From Cytophagales bacterium (GTDB lineage Bacteria > Bacteroidota > Bacteroidia > Cytophagales > UBA9547): a stretch of DNA of 57,920 nt. The DNA is taken from positions 1 through 57,920 of the forward strand of contig JANYCH010000285.1 in NCBI GenBank assembly GCA_025360395.1. The letters are read 5' to 3'. The notes beneath the pieces were generated by a model. That model did no database searches. It was not told the DNA's origin and saw only the letters and a program-made list of their open reading frames with translations. The position numbers were made by a program, and so were the translations under genes. Of the stretch, positions 10,748 to 20,568 are shown in pieces. Within the stretch, counting starts at the first letter, position 1. Each line of letters starts with the position of its first letter.

Positions 10748-10755
10748 CAAACCTA
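10748..10755 (-). promoter_or_regulatory. Candidate -7 box (TAGGTTTG on the minus strand)
   Basis: Plus-strand caaaccta, 26 nt upstream of queD ATG 10722. Confidence 0.25.
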
Positions 10756-10758
10756 ATG

Positions 10759-11433
10759 TCAATTGCCCAAAGAATAAACCAAACAAAGGTTAATTCCGGC
10801 AGAATATGGGTATAGTTTTAAAGGGACAGCATAGACTTCGCTGATAAGGGCATGGTCTATTGCCGGCCACAAGATGGCATTGAGCCTGCTGGACAATTTT
10901 ATATCCAACCCTAACCCAAGACTGGCAAAAATATTAAATTTCCTGTGAGCAGCATATACATAACTGCTGTAATTTGATGAGGAACCCACCACTTTGCTAA
11001 CGCTATTAAGGTAGAATGAAGGTTTTAAGCCAAATGAACCGAAGAGTTTTACAGTTTTTCCCTGGTTGAAATAGACGTTTAACAATAATGGGATTTCTAT
11101 GTAACGATCTATCACTTTTAGGTCAAAACCACTGTTTGAGAAATTGAAGGCCGTAATATTACTGGTATTGTACTGAGATTTAAGGCCTCGTTGGGCAAAA
11201 ATTAAACCTGTTACAAAATTTACAGATTTGCTTAATTCTTTGAATCCCAATATTCCGGCATGATAAGTAATAATGGGTTTGTGCTGTTGCCGGAAATCCT
11301 GGGCCAAACCCGACAAATCGGTCTGAACAGTGTAATAACTAAGATTTGGCTGGCCAACAAGTCCAATTTTTATTGATTGTGCCCGGAGTATTAAATTTGT
11401 TGTTAAAGCAACAAAAAGCAAAATTCTGCGCAT
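10759..11433 (-). CDS. Outer-membrane beta-barrel protein (OMP_b-brl_2-like)
   Basis: Signal peptide MRRILLFVALTTNLILRAQ and an amphipathic strand pattern through to the C-terminus. Confidence 0.55.
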   Translation of the reverse strand: MRRILLFVALTTNLILRAQSIKIGLVGQPNLSYYTVQTDLSGLAQDFRQQHKPIITYHAGILGFKELSKSVNFVTGLIFAQRGLKSQYNTSNITAFNFSNSGFDLKVIDRYIEIPLLLNVYFNQGKTVKLFGSFGLKPSFYLNSVSKVVGSSSNYSSYVYAAHRKFNIFASLGLGLDIKLSSRLNAILWPAIDHALISEVYAVPLKLYPYSAGINLCLVYSLGN

Positions 11434-11476
11434 TAGTTTATAATTTTAAAGCTTCTTTATACAAAACAAAAATTTA

Positions 11477-12445
11477 ATGATAGTAGTTACCGGTGCTTCA
11501 GGATTTATTGGAAGCTGCCTTATCGCCAGGCTAAATGCGGATAATTTTAACTATATCATCGCGGTAGATGACTTTTCATCAGGTATAAACGACATACCAA
11601 ATTTGAAAAACAAGAAGGTTCAGGAATTTGTAGACAGGAAGAATTTCATTTCCTGGTTAGGAGTCAATTATGAACTTGTCGAATTCATTTTTCATCTTGG
11701 GGCCAGAACAGATACCACAGAATTTAATTTTGAGTTGCTAAAGGAACTCAATACTGAATATTCCAAAAAAATTTGGAAAGCCTGCTGCGAATTTCAAATT
11801 CCACTAGTATATGCCTCTTCTGCTGCTACTTATGGTGATGGAGCATTTGGGTATGAAGATGATCATTACATTATTCCAAAACTTCAGCCATTAAATCCGT
11901 ATGGTGTATCCAAACAGGATTTTGATGTTTGGGCTTTGGACCAGGTTGAAAAACCTTTTTTCTGGGCCGGATTGAAATTCTTTAATGTTTACGGACCAAA
12001 TGAATATCACAAAAACAGAATGGCATCGGTCATTTTGCATGCCTTTAACCAAATAAGGCAAACAGGATCAATGAAGCTTTTCCGATCTCATAATCCGGAT
12101 TTCAAGGATGGTGGCCAGATGCGTGATTTTATTTATGTCAAAGATATCCTGAACATTTGCATTTTCCTGATGCACGATCGCAAAAACAGCGCAATTTACA
12201 ATGCAGGAACTGGCCAAGCCCGCACATTTGTAGATTTGGCAAAAGCAACTTTTAAAGCTTTGGGAATTCCGGAAAACATTCAATTTGTAGATACCCCGGA
12301 AGATATAAGGGATAAATACCAGTATTTTACTGAAGCTAAAATGGATAAATTAAGACTAATTGGCTACAAGCAGGAGTTTACCTCACTCGAAAAAGGTGTT
12401 GAGGATTATGTGAGGAATTATTTGGTAGAGAAGAGGTATTTGTAG
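11477..12445 (+). CDS. hldD: ADP-L-glycero-D-manno-heptose 6-epimerase
   Basis: Rossmann motif VTGASGFIGS, catalytic YGVSK, and overall HldD/RfaD-like sequence (..FFNVYGPNEYHK..). Confidence 0.8.
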   Translation: MIVVTGASGFIGSCLIARLNADNFNYIIAVDDFSSGINDIPNLKNKKVQEFVDRKNFISWLGVNYELVEFIFHLGARTDTTEFNFELLKELNTEYSKKIWKACCEFQIPLVYASSAATYGDGAFGYEDDHYIIPKLQPLNPYGVSKQDFDVWALDQVEKPFFWAGLKFFNVYGPNEYHKNRMASVILHAFNQIRQTGSMKLFRSHNPDFKDGGQMRDFIYVKDILNICIFLMHDRKNSAIYNAGTGQARTFVDLAKATFKALGIPENIQFVDTPEDIRDKYQYFTEAKMDKLRLIGYKQEFTSLEKGVEDYVRNYLVEKRYL

Positions 12446-12471
12446 TTATAAACTTTATCATTTCACTGCTC

Positions 12472-12776
12472 TTACTTTTTTGATGCCAAAAAAGTAACAA
12501 AAAAGGCACGAACGCCAAAAATCTTCCTTTTCCTTTCTCACAAACCCTTCACCTACAGGAAAAGCAAGATTCACGCTGGCCTTCGATGCCCCTCGCACCA
12601 CACAATTCGTCGGAGATTGTTATATGCAATATGGTTTGTATCTGACCTTGGAAGAAATTTAGCCATTTCTTCCACCGCCTTGAATTTTTGGCTCTTTTTC
12701 TTCAAAGAAAAAGAACTCTGAACTAATGTTAATACAAGATTTCTAGCATTATAACCGGTCAAATCTGACCGGTTAT
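12472..12776. other. Hairpin-dense non-coding spacer (five stem-loops)
   Basis: Stems read directly at 12472-12482/12487-12497, 12505-12590 (long, imperfect), 12651-12658/12665-12672, 12693-12700/12707-12714 and 12751-12761/12766-12776. Confidence 0.6.
12505..12590. repeat. Imperfect ~86-nt palindromic element (copy R2)
   Basis: Inner stem aatcttccttttcc / ggaaaagcaagatt (1 mismatch). Outer stem ggcacgaacgcc / ggccttcgatgcc (1 bulge, 1 mismatch). Confidence 0.4.
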
Positions 12777-12780
12777 TTTA
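12751..12780 (+). terminator. Strong stem-loop with a T-tract on the + strand
   Basis: Perfect 11-bp stem ataaccggtca/tgaccggttat, loop aatc, then TTTTATT on the + strand. It lies 10 nt beyond the clpB stop, but there is no U-tract in the clpB direction. Confidence 0.6.
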
Positions 12781-12786
12781 TTCCTG

Positions 12787-15417
12787 TTAAATTACTACTT
12801 CTTGCTTTTCCACATTTTCGAAAGCAACAACTCCGTCAAGGGCCATATTTACTATGATGTGGCTGTCTTTTTTTATTTTCCCTGCCAGTATTTCTTTGGA
12901 TAAAGCATTGAGGATCCGGTTTTGTATCAATCTTTTAAGTGGCCTTGCACCAAATTGCGGGTCGTAACCTTCTCTTGAAAGATATTCAATTACATTATCG
13001 TTTGCCTCAATTTGTACTCCACTTTCAAGCAATCTCTGTTGAATTTGTTTCCACTGGATAGCCACGATTTTATGTACAACATTCTGCATTAATGGTTTAA
13101 ACATCACGATCTCATCAATCCTGTTTAGGAATTCCGGACGGATGGTTTTTTTCAACAGTGCAAAGACTTCTTCTTTGGTTTTATCAATTATATCAAGCTG
13201 GGCAAAAACATCTTTTTGTTCAAAACCTTCAAAATTGTCCTGTATCACATGCGCTCCAGCATTGCTGGTCATGATGATGATCGTGTTTTTAAAATTCGCA
13301 ATCCGGCCTTTGTTGTCAGTTAAACGGCCATCGTCTAATACTTGCAACAAAATGTTAAAGGTATCCGGATGTGCTTTTTCAATCTCATCAAGCAAAACAA
13401 CCGAATAAGGTTTACGGCGAACGGCTTCAGTCAATTGACCACCTTCATCGTATCCAACATATCCCGGTGGAGCACCAATCAAACGGCTTACCGAATGTTT
13501 TTCCTGGTACTCACTCATGTCAATCCTGATCATAGAATTTTCATCATTGAACAGATAATCTGCAAGGGCTTTGGCCAGCTCAGTCTTACCGACCCCGGTT
13601 GTACCAAGGAAAATAAAGGAACCAATAGGTCTTTTTGGATCATGCAAACCGGCACGGCTTCTGCGAACAGCATCTGCAACAGCTTCAATTGCTTCTTCTT
13701 GTCCGGCAACCCTTTTTCCAAGTTCAACCTCAAGATTCAGAAGTTTTTCCCTATCGCTTTGAAGCATTTTTGAAACTGGTACTCCTGTCCATTTGGCTAC
13801 AATTTCAGCAATGTCTTCACTTGTTACCTCTTCTTTTAAAAGAGGGTGTCCATGTTCGCGCATATCTGTAATCTGCTTGTTCAGATCTCCAAGTTTCGTT
13901 TCGCTTTCTTTGATTTTTCCATAGCGTAGTTCTGCTACCTTGCCATAGTCACCTTGTCTTTCAGCCTGATCTGCCTCCAGTTTGCTTCTTTCTATATTTT
14001 CCTTTTCCTGTTTTATGGACTGGATCAGGTTTTTTTCACTTTGCCATTTCGCTTTCAGGGAGTTTCTTTTTTCTGTTAGTTCTGCCAAGTCACGGGAATA
14101 AAAATCTTCCTTTTCTTTGTCATTTTCCCGTTTCATAGCTTCTCTTGCAATTTCCAGCTGCATTATTTTGCGCTGTACTTCATCGAGTTCTTCAGGAACA
14201 GAATCAATTTCAATCCGCAGTTTGGCTGCAGCTTCGTCCATCAGGTCAATTGCCTTGTCCGGAAGAAAACGGTCACTGATATACCTATGAGATAGTTCAA
14301 CAGCGGCAATAATGGCTTCGTCACGGATCCTGACACCATGGTGAACCTCATATTTTTCTTTGATTCCCCTTAAAATAGAAATAGCATCTTCCACCGCCGG
14401 CTCATCCACAATTACCGCCTGAAACCTTCTTTCGAGAGCCTTGTCCTTTTCAATGTACTTTTGATATTCTTTGAGGGTAGTTGCTCCAATTGCATGCAGT
14501 TCTCCACGGGCAAGTGCGGGTTTTAGCAAATTGGCAGCATCCATTGCCGATTCACCGCCAGATCCGGCTCCGATTAAGGTATGGATCTCATCAATGAAAA
14601 GGATAATTTCTCCATCCGCATCAGTAACCTCCTTGATAACAGCTTTAAGCCTTTCCTCAAATTCCCCTTTGAACTTTGCCCCTGCAACAAGCAAGCCCAT
14701 ATCCAGAGAGACCAGGATTTTAGATTTGAGATTTTCAGGCACATCGCCGCTTACAATCCTTTGCGCAAGGCCTTCAACAATTGCAGTTTTCCCAACACCA
14801 GGCTCCCCAACTAACATGGGGTTGTTTTTTGTTCTCCTGGATAAAATTTGTAAAACCCTTCTTATTTCTTCGTCCCTTCCAATTACAGGGTCAATTTTAC
14901 CTGCTTTCGCAAGTTCGTTCAGGTTTTTAGAATATTTTTCAAGAGAGCGGTATTTTCCTTCCGCATGCTGATCAGTTACCTTGCTATCGCCGCGAAGTTC
15001 TTTTATTGCCAGTTTAAGAGATTTTTCATTGAATCCCGCATCTTTCATGAGTTGGGCTATTTTATCCGATCCTGATAATAAACCGAGGTATATATGTTCG
15101 AGGGAAACAAACTCATCACCAAACTCTTTCAGGTAATTAGTTGACTTATTTAAAGCATTATTTGCTTCATTGGATAAATATGGGCTGCCTCCTGAAACTT
15201 TTGGATAAGCTGTTATGAATGAATCTAAAGCTAGCTCAAAATTTTTCCTGTTGATGTTTAATTTCTTAGTAAGAAAAGATGAAACGTGTTCATCTGTCAA
15301 TAAAATCCCTTTTAGGATATGCCCGGTTTCAATGGCTTGCTGACCATTGGCCCCGGCAATTTCAGAAGCTTTTTGAACAGCTTCCTGGGCTTTTATTGTA
15401 TAGTTATTAAAATTCAT
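12787..15417 (-). CDS. clpB: ATP-dependent chaperone ClpB
   Basis: 876 aa with two AAA+ modules ([16 protein letters not shown]) and a long coiled-coil middle domain. Confidence 0.95.
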   Translation of the reverse strand: MNFNNYTIKAQEAVQKASEIAGANGQQAIETGHILKGILLTDEHVSSFLTKKLNINRKNFELALDSFITAYPKVSGGSPYLSNEANNALNKSTNYLKEFGDEFVSLEHIYLGLLSGSDKIAQLMKDAGFNEKSLKLAIKELRGDSKVTDQHAEGKYRSLEKYSKNLNELAKAGKIDPVIGRDEEIRRVLQILSRRTKNNPMLVGEPGVGKTAIVEGLAQRIVSGDVPENLKSKILVSLDMGLLVAGAKFKGEFEERLKAVIKEVTDADGEIILFIDEIHTLIGAGSGGESAMDAANLLKPALARGELHAIGATTLKEYQKYIEKDKALERRFQAVIVDEPAVEDAISILRGIKEKYEVHHGVRIRDEAIIAAVELSHRYISDRFLPDKAIDLMDEAAAKLRIEIDSVPEELDEVQRKIMQLEIAREAMKRENDKEKEDFYSRDLAELTEKRNSLKAKWQSEKNLIQSIKQEKENIERSKLEADQAERQGDYGKVAELRYGKIKESETKLGDLNKQITDMREHGHPLLKEEVTSEDIAEIVAKWTGVPVSKMLQSDREKLLNLEVELGKRVAGQEEAIEAVADAVRRSRAGLHDPKRPIGSFIFLGTTGVGKTELAKALADYLFNDENSMIRIDMSEYQEKHSVSRLIGAPPGYVGYDEGGQLTEAVRRKPYSVVLLDEIEKAHPDTFNILLQVLDDGRLTDNKGRIANFKNTIIIMTSNAGAHVIQDNFEGFEQKDVFAQLDIIDKTKEEVFALLKKTIRPEFLNRIDEIVMFKPLMQNVVHKIVAIQWKQIQQRLLESGVQIEANDNVIEYLSREGYDPQFGARPLKRLIQNRILNALSKEILAGKIKKDSHIIVNMALDGVVAFENVEKQEVVI

Positions 15418-15597
15418 AGCTTAGAAAGTATTTTGTTATTTTTTCTCAAAAGTTATTCCACCAAAGAAAGTGCGAAATATTGACATAAGAACTGATCAAA
15501 GGCATTAGGCTAACTGACTTTTTTTCAGATATTTAAGAACCGTAATATAAATCATGCTAATTAGACATACCTAAAAAATTTTTTATATGTCAAAACT

Positions 15598-15618
15598 AAT
15601 AAGGTGTTGAACCTTATT
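15598..15618 (-). terminator. Hairpin aataaggt/accttatt followed by TTAGTTTTG on the minus strand
   Basis: 8-bp stem read directly. It could terminate the upstream minus-strand transcript. The U-rich tail also fits TAnnTTTG, so its role is ambiguous. Confidence 0.3.
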
Positions 15619-15655
15619 GTTCATTCAATTAATAAGTAATTATTCAGGCTTTAAT

Positions 15656-15757
15656 GCGACAGGGATTGACGTGAAAATCCTTCTTGCTTCTTTACTCTTT
15701 GTAATCAATGCTAACATCAGGCGCAAGAAGATTGTAACAGAAAGCCCGCCCGGTCGC
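15656..15757. repeat. Imperfect ~100-nt palindromic element (copy R1)
   Basis: Outer stem gcgac(a)ggg / ccc(g)gtcgc. Inner stem aat(c)cttcttgc / gcaagaagatt. The 35-nt loop and GC-rich tail stand out in an AT-rich spacer. Confidence 0.4.
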
Positions 15758-15809
15758 CCAAATAAAAATTAAGTCTAAGTTAAACCTTTCTAATATGCAT
15801 CACTGGCAC

Positions 15810-16496
15810 TTAATTCTGCAAACTCTTTAAAGTTGAGGACATTACAATATTGCTTTTCTTAATTTCCTCTTCATTCAGATCAAATTTGAGGCTGTCACCT
15901 TCTAGGAAAAAACTAACATGAACACCTGTAGTAAGCTGATGATGGTCGCTGACAACCAAAGCTTTATCATTATTGGTGGCTTTATAAACCTTAGATAGGA
16001 AATGTAATTTCTGATGGCTCACAAAATAAACATCGGCATGGCAAATGTCCTTTTCAGAAGTGATCCTTTTTATTTCAATCATTCGGTGGCCTACCTTTTT
16101 GCCATTAAACTGGGTTTCTATTTCTTTGAATAACGGCTCATTTCCAACAATCGCGATTGTAAAAACATCGCCTGTTACAGAGGCGGACCATTCTACATAC
16201 TTAATAATATTATAGAGGAAAAAAGAAATCTGTTTGTAATGTTCTTCAGCAGCCCTTTGCCGTGTTGGCTTTTTAATTTCCTTTTCTGTAGGGCTCGTAT
16301 ATTTTACTGAAAGGGTATGAACCTGTTTTTTTAGTGTGTCTATTTTTAAACTTAACCTGAGACTATCTTTTTTTAGCCTTTGAATTTGAACTTCATTATG
16401 ATTATTTTTTTTCTGTAGCTCCGTATACTTCTTCTTACTGGCACAATTGAAGAAAAATAGAATTATAAACAGAAAATAAAGGAAGGTTTTTAACAT
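15810..16496 (-). CDS. YfiR/DUF4154-family periplasmic protein with an N-terminal coiled-coil
   Basis: Signal/lipobox-like N-terminus. The C-terminal 130 aa resemble DUF4154 (..FTIAIVGNEPLFKE...CHADVYFVS..). Confidence 0.5.
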   Translation of the reverse strand: MLKTFLYFLFIILFFFNCASKKKYTELQKKNNHNEVQIQRLKKDSLRLSLKIDTLKKQVHTLSVKYTSPTEKEIKKPTRQRAAEEHYKQISFFLYNIIKYVEWSASVTGDVFTIAIVGNEPLFKEIETQFNGKKVGHRMIEIKRITSEKDICHADVYFVSHQKLHFLSKVYKATNNDKALVVSDHHQLTTGVHVSFFLEGDSLKFDLNEEEIKKSNIVMSSTLKSLQN

Positions 16497-16562
16497 TTTA
16501 ACTATCAGATATATAATGTAATAAAAAACCGTGCAACGAGAATTAAAACTTGAATAAAAAGT

Positions 16563-17780
16563 TTAATTCAATATAAACCCGGCTTTTTTCAAATCTTCCC
16601 AGTATCCCGGATAAGATTTGTTTACTACATGTTTATCTTCAAGTTCTATTTTAGCCATAAATGCCAGGGGAGCAAATGCCATTGCCATCCTATGGTCGTC
16701 GTAAGTATTTATTTTAAGGCTGTCAGGTATTGAGGTTGAAGGGATTACTTCATACCATCCATCTGATAGTTCGTTAAATGAAGCATTGTATTTTTTTAAT
16801 TCATTTTGTAAAGCAAGGATCCTGTCTGTCTCTTTTATTTTTAGGCTTTCAATACCTGTAATTTTCAGTTTAATACTCTTGGCGGCAGCACATGCAACCA
16901 CAGTTTGCGCCAAATCAGGACAATCAGCAAAATCTATTGTAACTTCCTTTTGGTGATCTTTTTTAGTAAGTAGAATACCATCAGTTGTAAATTGTGAGGC
17001 AACACCCAGTTTCTCCATAATTCCTACAATGGCGCTGTCGCCTTGCAAGGAGGCTTTTTTAAGGCCAAGCAGTTCAATTTCAGCCTTTTCAGCCAATGCA
17101 ACTACACTATACCAATAACTTGCACCAGACCAGTCAGATTCAATTTTGTATTCGTTGGCGGTATATTCCTGTTTGTTTACAGTGATCACATTGTTTGTCC
17201 AGGTATGCGACACGCCGAAAATTTTCATCAGGTCAAGGGTCATTTCAATATAGGGCCTTGATGCCACTTTGCCGGTAAGTTCTAACTGTAATCCATCAGG
17301 TAATAAAGGACTTACCATCAAAAGAGCAGAAATGTACTGGCTGCTCACATCGCCTTGTATTTGTATTTTATTTGATTTCGATTTAAAACCTTTGATTTCT
17401 ACAGGCGGGAACCCTTTATTTCCGAGGTAATCTATTTCTGCGCCTAAAGACCTCAAAGCCTCAACCAGAATTTTGACTGGTCTTTCACACATCCTTGCTG
17501 TTCCGGTTAAGATTTTGTTTTCTCCTTTCGCTGCCATTAAGGCAATCAAAAATCTCATTGTTGTTCCAGCGTCGATTACATCCAGTGTTTTTTCGCTGGA
17601 ATTAAGTAACCTCTGCATAGTGACTGTATCACGGGCATCTGATAAATTTTCTAGCTTACATTTATTGCCTGAAACAGCATTAATTATCAAAGCACGGTTG
17701 CTTTCACTTTTAGAAGAACTTAACCTTATTTTGGTTTTAATAGGATTAAGTGGCTTTTGAACAAAAACTTTATCAGACAT
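16563..17780 (-). CDS. aroA: 3-phosphoshikimate 1-carboxyvinyltransferase (EPSP synthase)
   Basis: Full-length AroA-like sequence (..SSKSESNRALI.., ..DHRMAMAFAPLA..). Confidence 0.9.
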   Translation of the reverse strand: MSDKVFVQKPLNPIKTKIRLSSSKSESNRALIINAVSGNKCKLENLSDARDTVTMQRLLNSSEKTLDVIDAGTTMRFLIALMAAKGENKILTGTARMCERPVKILVEALRSLGAEIDYLGNKGFPPVEIKGFKSKSNKIQIQGDVSSQYISALLMVSPLLPDGLQLELTGKVASRPYIEMTLDLMKIFGVSHTWTNNVITVNKQEYTANEYKIESDWSGASYWYSVVALAEKAEIELLGLKKASLQGDSAIVGIMEKLGVASQFTTDGILLTKKDHQKEVTIDFADCPDLAQTVVACAAAKSIKLKITGIESLKIKETDRILALQNELKKYNASFNELSDGWYEVIPSTSIPDSLKINTYDDHRMAMAFAPLAFMAKIELEDKHVVNKSYPGYWEDLKKAGFILN

Positions 17781-17913
17781 GGATTTTTATAAAGAGTCGC
17801 AATTTACAATTATTAGTAAATTTCCTTGCCCGGTAATGATAAGGAAGATTGATTAAGTTTCATTCAGGATAAAACCTGTTCCATCATAATTACTTCAATC
17901 TGGCTGAAAGCCT

Positions 17914-17921
17914 TATATTTG
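17914..17921 (+). promoter_or_regulatory. Candidate -7 box TATATTTG
   Basis: Matches TAnnTTTG, 20 nt upstream of ATG 17941. Confidence 0.4.
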
Positions 17922-17940
17922 TTTCTCTCTTTGGGAAACA

Positions 17941-18894
17941 ATGAAAAAATTTACTTTTACTGAAAAATTAGATACCCGTTCTGGCTTCGGGGTAGGGTTG
18001 GTGGAAGCTGCCAAACAAAATGCTGATGTAGTGGCCCTTTGTGCTGACCTGACAGGTTCGCTCAAAATGGATGCTTTTGCCAAAGAATTTCCTGAACGTT
18101 TTTTCCAGGTAGGAATAGCTGAAGCCAACATGATGGGTTTAGCTGCCGGTATGACCATTGGAGGTAAAATACCTTTCACTGGAACTTTTGCTAACTTCTC
18201 AACAGGAAGAGTTTACGACCAGATCCGCCAATCTATAGCTTATTCAAATAAAAATGTAAAAATAGCTGCATCACATGCAGGCCTTACTTTGGGAGAAGAT
18301 GGTGCAACACACCAGATCCTGGAAGATCTTGGCCTTATGAAAATGTTACCAGGCATGGTTGTAATTAATCCTTGCGATTTTAACCAGACCAAAGCTGCTA
18401 CTATTGCTGTTGCAAAATATGTGGGTCCGGTTTATCTGAGATTCGGCCGCCCGACAGTTCCAAATTTTACACCAGCTGAACAGGTTTTCGAAATTGGAAA
18501 AGCTGTCATGTTGAATGAAGGTTCTGATGTGACCATTATTGCAACTGGCCACTTGGTTTGGGAAGCAATTCTAGCAGGTGAAATTCTTGCAGAAAAGGGC
18601 ATCAATGCAGAAATAATCAATATTCATACAATTAAGCCACTTGATGAGCAGGCAATATTAAAATCCGTTGCTAAAACAGGTTGCGTAGTGTCTGCCGAAG
18701 AACACAATTATATTGGTGGTTTGGGCGAAAGTATTGCATCTTTGTTAGGAAGGCATAATCCTAAACCTATTGAAATGGTGGCTGTTCAGGATACTTTTGG
18801 TGAATCAGGAATACCAGATCAGCTAATGAAAAAATACGGTTTGACAGCTGCTGATATTGTAGCCAAAGTTGAAAAAGTAATTGCCCGCAAGTAA
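17941..18894 (+). CDS. Transketolase, C-terminal subunit (pyrimidine-binding plus C-terminal domains)
   Basis: 317 aa with the ..FFQVGIAEANMMGLAAGM.. motif of split transketolases. Confidence 0.85.
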   Translation: MKKFTFTEKLDTRSGFGVGLVEAAKQNADVVALCADLTGSLKMDAFAKEFPERFFQVGIAEANMMGLAAGMTIGGKIPFTGTFANFSTGRVYDQIRQSIAYSNKNVKIAASHAGLTLGEDGATHQILEDLGLMKMLPGMVVINPCDFNQTKAATIAVAKYVGPVYLRFGRPTVPNFTPAEQVFEIGKAVMLNEGSDVTIIATGHLVWEAILAGEILAEKGINAEIINIHTIKPLDEQAILKSVAKTGCVVSAEEHNYIGGLGESIASLLGRHNPKPIEMVAVQDTFGESGIPDQLMKKYGLTAADIVAKVEKVIARK

Positions 18895-18983
18895 TTAATA
18901 TTGGTTGCGTGTGTGAGTTTTGAGTATAGTTTGGAAATTTTCAGATAATATCTCATTATCAGCCTAATACTAAGTACTCAGTA

Positions 18984-20564
18984 CTATTCAGACTTTCGGT
19001 AAACATAAAAGACCGCATCGAAATACAGATATTCTTTTCCCAGCAAATACCAATTTGCTGGGATTTTTTCTTTTACATCAAATATTTTAGCTAATTTATA
19101 ATCGGATTGTAATAAGCCTGGAGCGTCTTTCTGAGCAATTTCTACTTCTATAGGTCTTAGCACAACCCAATCTGGTCTTAATTTTCCTATTACATAAGCA
19201 AAATTTACTTTTTCAGTCCCTTTCACTTCCTTTAAGGTTTTCACTACTTCCAAGGAGGACATCCCAGGGAAATCGTACGTTTTCAATTGGGAATAATATC
19301 CAATATAACCGAGGCACTCCATGAAAACTGTTGATTTTTCAGAAGTAGAATTAGCTTTTAACCACTCACCAATTTTTTTTCTGTGGCCATATTCAATCAC
19401 TTGCTGCTGGATTTTCATTTCGTAGCCTCCCAGAAAGAGGATTATAAAGCTATACATCACAAACAAAACACCAGATACATAAATAATGCGGTAATGAAAT
19501 TTCAAATAAAAATAATTAAATAGAAGTGCAAAAATTATGATGATCTGGATTGTGAGGTTGGGCAGGTACCAAGGCATTCCACCCTGGCCTGAGACGTATT
19601 CCAAATAAAATATCCCAAGGAAAACTGATAAAGATATCGCCCTTGCCATTCTCGGGAAGAAGGGAATAACAAATGCCAGTGCAGCTACTGTACTTACCAA
19701 CCTCCCAGGCAAACCCAATTTATACCAGCCACCGAAATAAGCATACCCAGGCATAAAAAACTGATGCGCAATAGATTTTCCACTAATTAAACAATAAGGT
19801 AGTTTTACAAAGTCGACCAGCAATTGCAAGGGTTCATAAACCTTAAGATTACTTTTTGCTGCAATAGTATTAGGAATAGGAGTTCCGTAATATAGCCAGG
19901 TGGTAACCGTCCATGGAGCATACAATAAAATGCTTACTAACCCGGCTAAACATATGTTTTTTAAGAAATGGAAATAGGTCTTCCTGTCAAAATAAAATAT
20001 TGAATAAGCCCCAATCAGGAAAAATGCATATACGAAGCCATCTGGTCTTGTGTACATCAAGCCTGTAAAGGAAAAAACGAAAATGCTTATTTGGGATTCT
20101 TCATTTTTAGACAAATTATAAATTAGTAAAAGAAGGAAAAACATCATATAGGGTGTTTCCATGCCGTTTATGCTGTTATCTATAATCAGGATATTGGTTA
20201 AGAAGAGCCCAATAAAAACATAGCGGCTAATGTTTAATAAATAGAGTTTATCTGATATTTTAAAAATTAATATTGAACAAAATCCTATTACTATTGAATT
20301 CAGGATCCGGTAAAGCCAAATGGCAAATTCATCCGGGTTTGATTGGAAAATATAGGCGAATAAGGCTGGAACAAGTGTGTTGATAGGAGAGGTAAATGAA
20401 TGAACTCTTTCTCCCGGAGTAAATGTGAGCCCATTCCCGATAGCCAGGTTTTTGCTTGCGCAGTAGGTTATGTACCAGTCTTCCCAGCGGTGGTCTGTAA
20501 CCAATGCAAAAATCATACAAACAGAAAAGGAAACAGCAAAAAGATAAAAATAATGACGCTTCAT
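18984..20564 (-). CDS. Polytopic membrane protein, GT-C (ArnT/PMT-like) glycosyltransferase fold suspected
   Basis: About 12 hydrophobic segments. The N-terminal EDWYITY..KNLA.GNGLTF.PGERV motif is recalled from GT-C-like membrane proteins. ATG at 20564 (the track uses GTG 20567). Confidence 0.45.
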   Translation of the reverse strand: MKRHYFYLFAVSFSVCMIFALVTDHRWEDWYITYCASKNLAIGNGLTFTPGERVHSFTSPINTLVPALFAYIFQSNPDEFAIWLYRILNSIVIGFCSILIFKISDKLYLLNISRYVFIGLFLTNILIIDNSINGMETPYMMFFLLLLIYNLSKNEESQISIFVFSFTGLMYTRPDGFVYAFFLIGAYSIFYFDRKTYFHFLKNICLAGLVSILLYAPWTVTTWLYYGTPIPNTIAAKSNLKVYEPLQLLVDFVKLPYCLISGKSIAHQFFMPGYAYFGGWYKLGLPGRLVSTVAALAFVIPFFPRMARAISLSVFLGIFYLEYVSGQGGMPWYLPNLTIQIIIIFALLFNYFYLKFHYRIIYVSGVLFVMYSFIILFLGGYEMKIQQQVIEYGHRKKIGEWLKANSTSEKSTVFMECLGYIGYYSQLKTYDFPGMSSLEVVKTLKEVKGTEKVNFAYVIGKLRPDWVVLRPIEVEIAQKDAPGLLQSDYKLAKIFDVKEKIPANWYLLGKEYLYFDAVFYVYRKSE

Positions 20565-20568
20565 CACC

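Noticed and set aside
11477-12445. An isolated hldD, without gmhA/hldE/gmhB, as a sign of an unusual heptose pathway
   Set aside because: The partner genes may simply be elsewhere in the genome, and I cannot judge how rare this is without the genome. It is not enough for a finding.
12571-12762. 63-aa minus-strand ORF in the hldD-clpB spacer
   Set aside because: It runs straight through several hairpins, has odd composition and no recognisable motif, and would need its own promoter inside the clpB terminator region. It is probably not coding.
13142-14971. Several + strand ORFs of 63-166 aa inside clpB (13142-13408, 13342-13773, 13571-13762, 13635-13871, 14471-14971, 14581-14814)
   Set aside because: These are antisense shadow ORFs of a highly conserved 876-aa gene. 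Similar shadow ORFs inside the TonB-like gene, folC, argS, thiC, the OmpA-family gene, wecE and others were rejected for the same reason.
15591-15598. -7 box (TAGTTTTG, minus strand) as the clpB promoter
   Set aside because: It is 174 nt from the clpB ATG and coincides with the U-rich tail of the 15598-15618 hairpin, so it may just be a terminator tail. It was too ambiguous to call.
15731-15757. Resemblance of 'acagaaagcccgcccgg' to the RNase P RNA CR-V motif
   Set aside because: None of the other universally conserved RNase P regions (such as GAGGAAAGUCCGGGC) is present nearby, and the element is only about 100 nt long.
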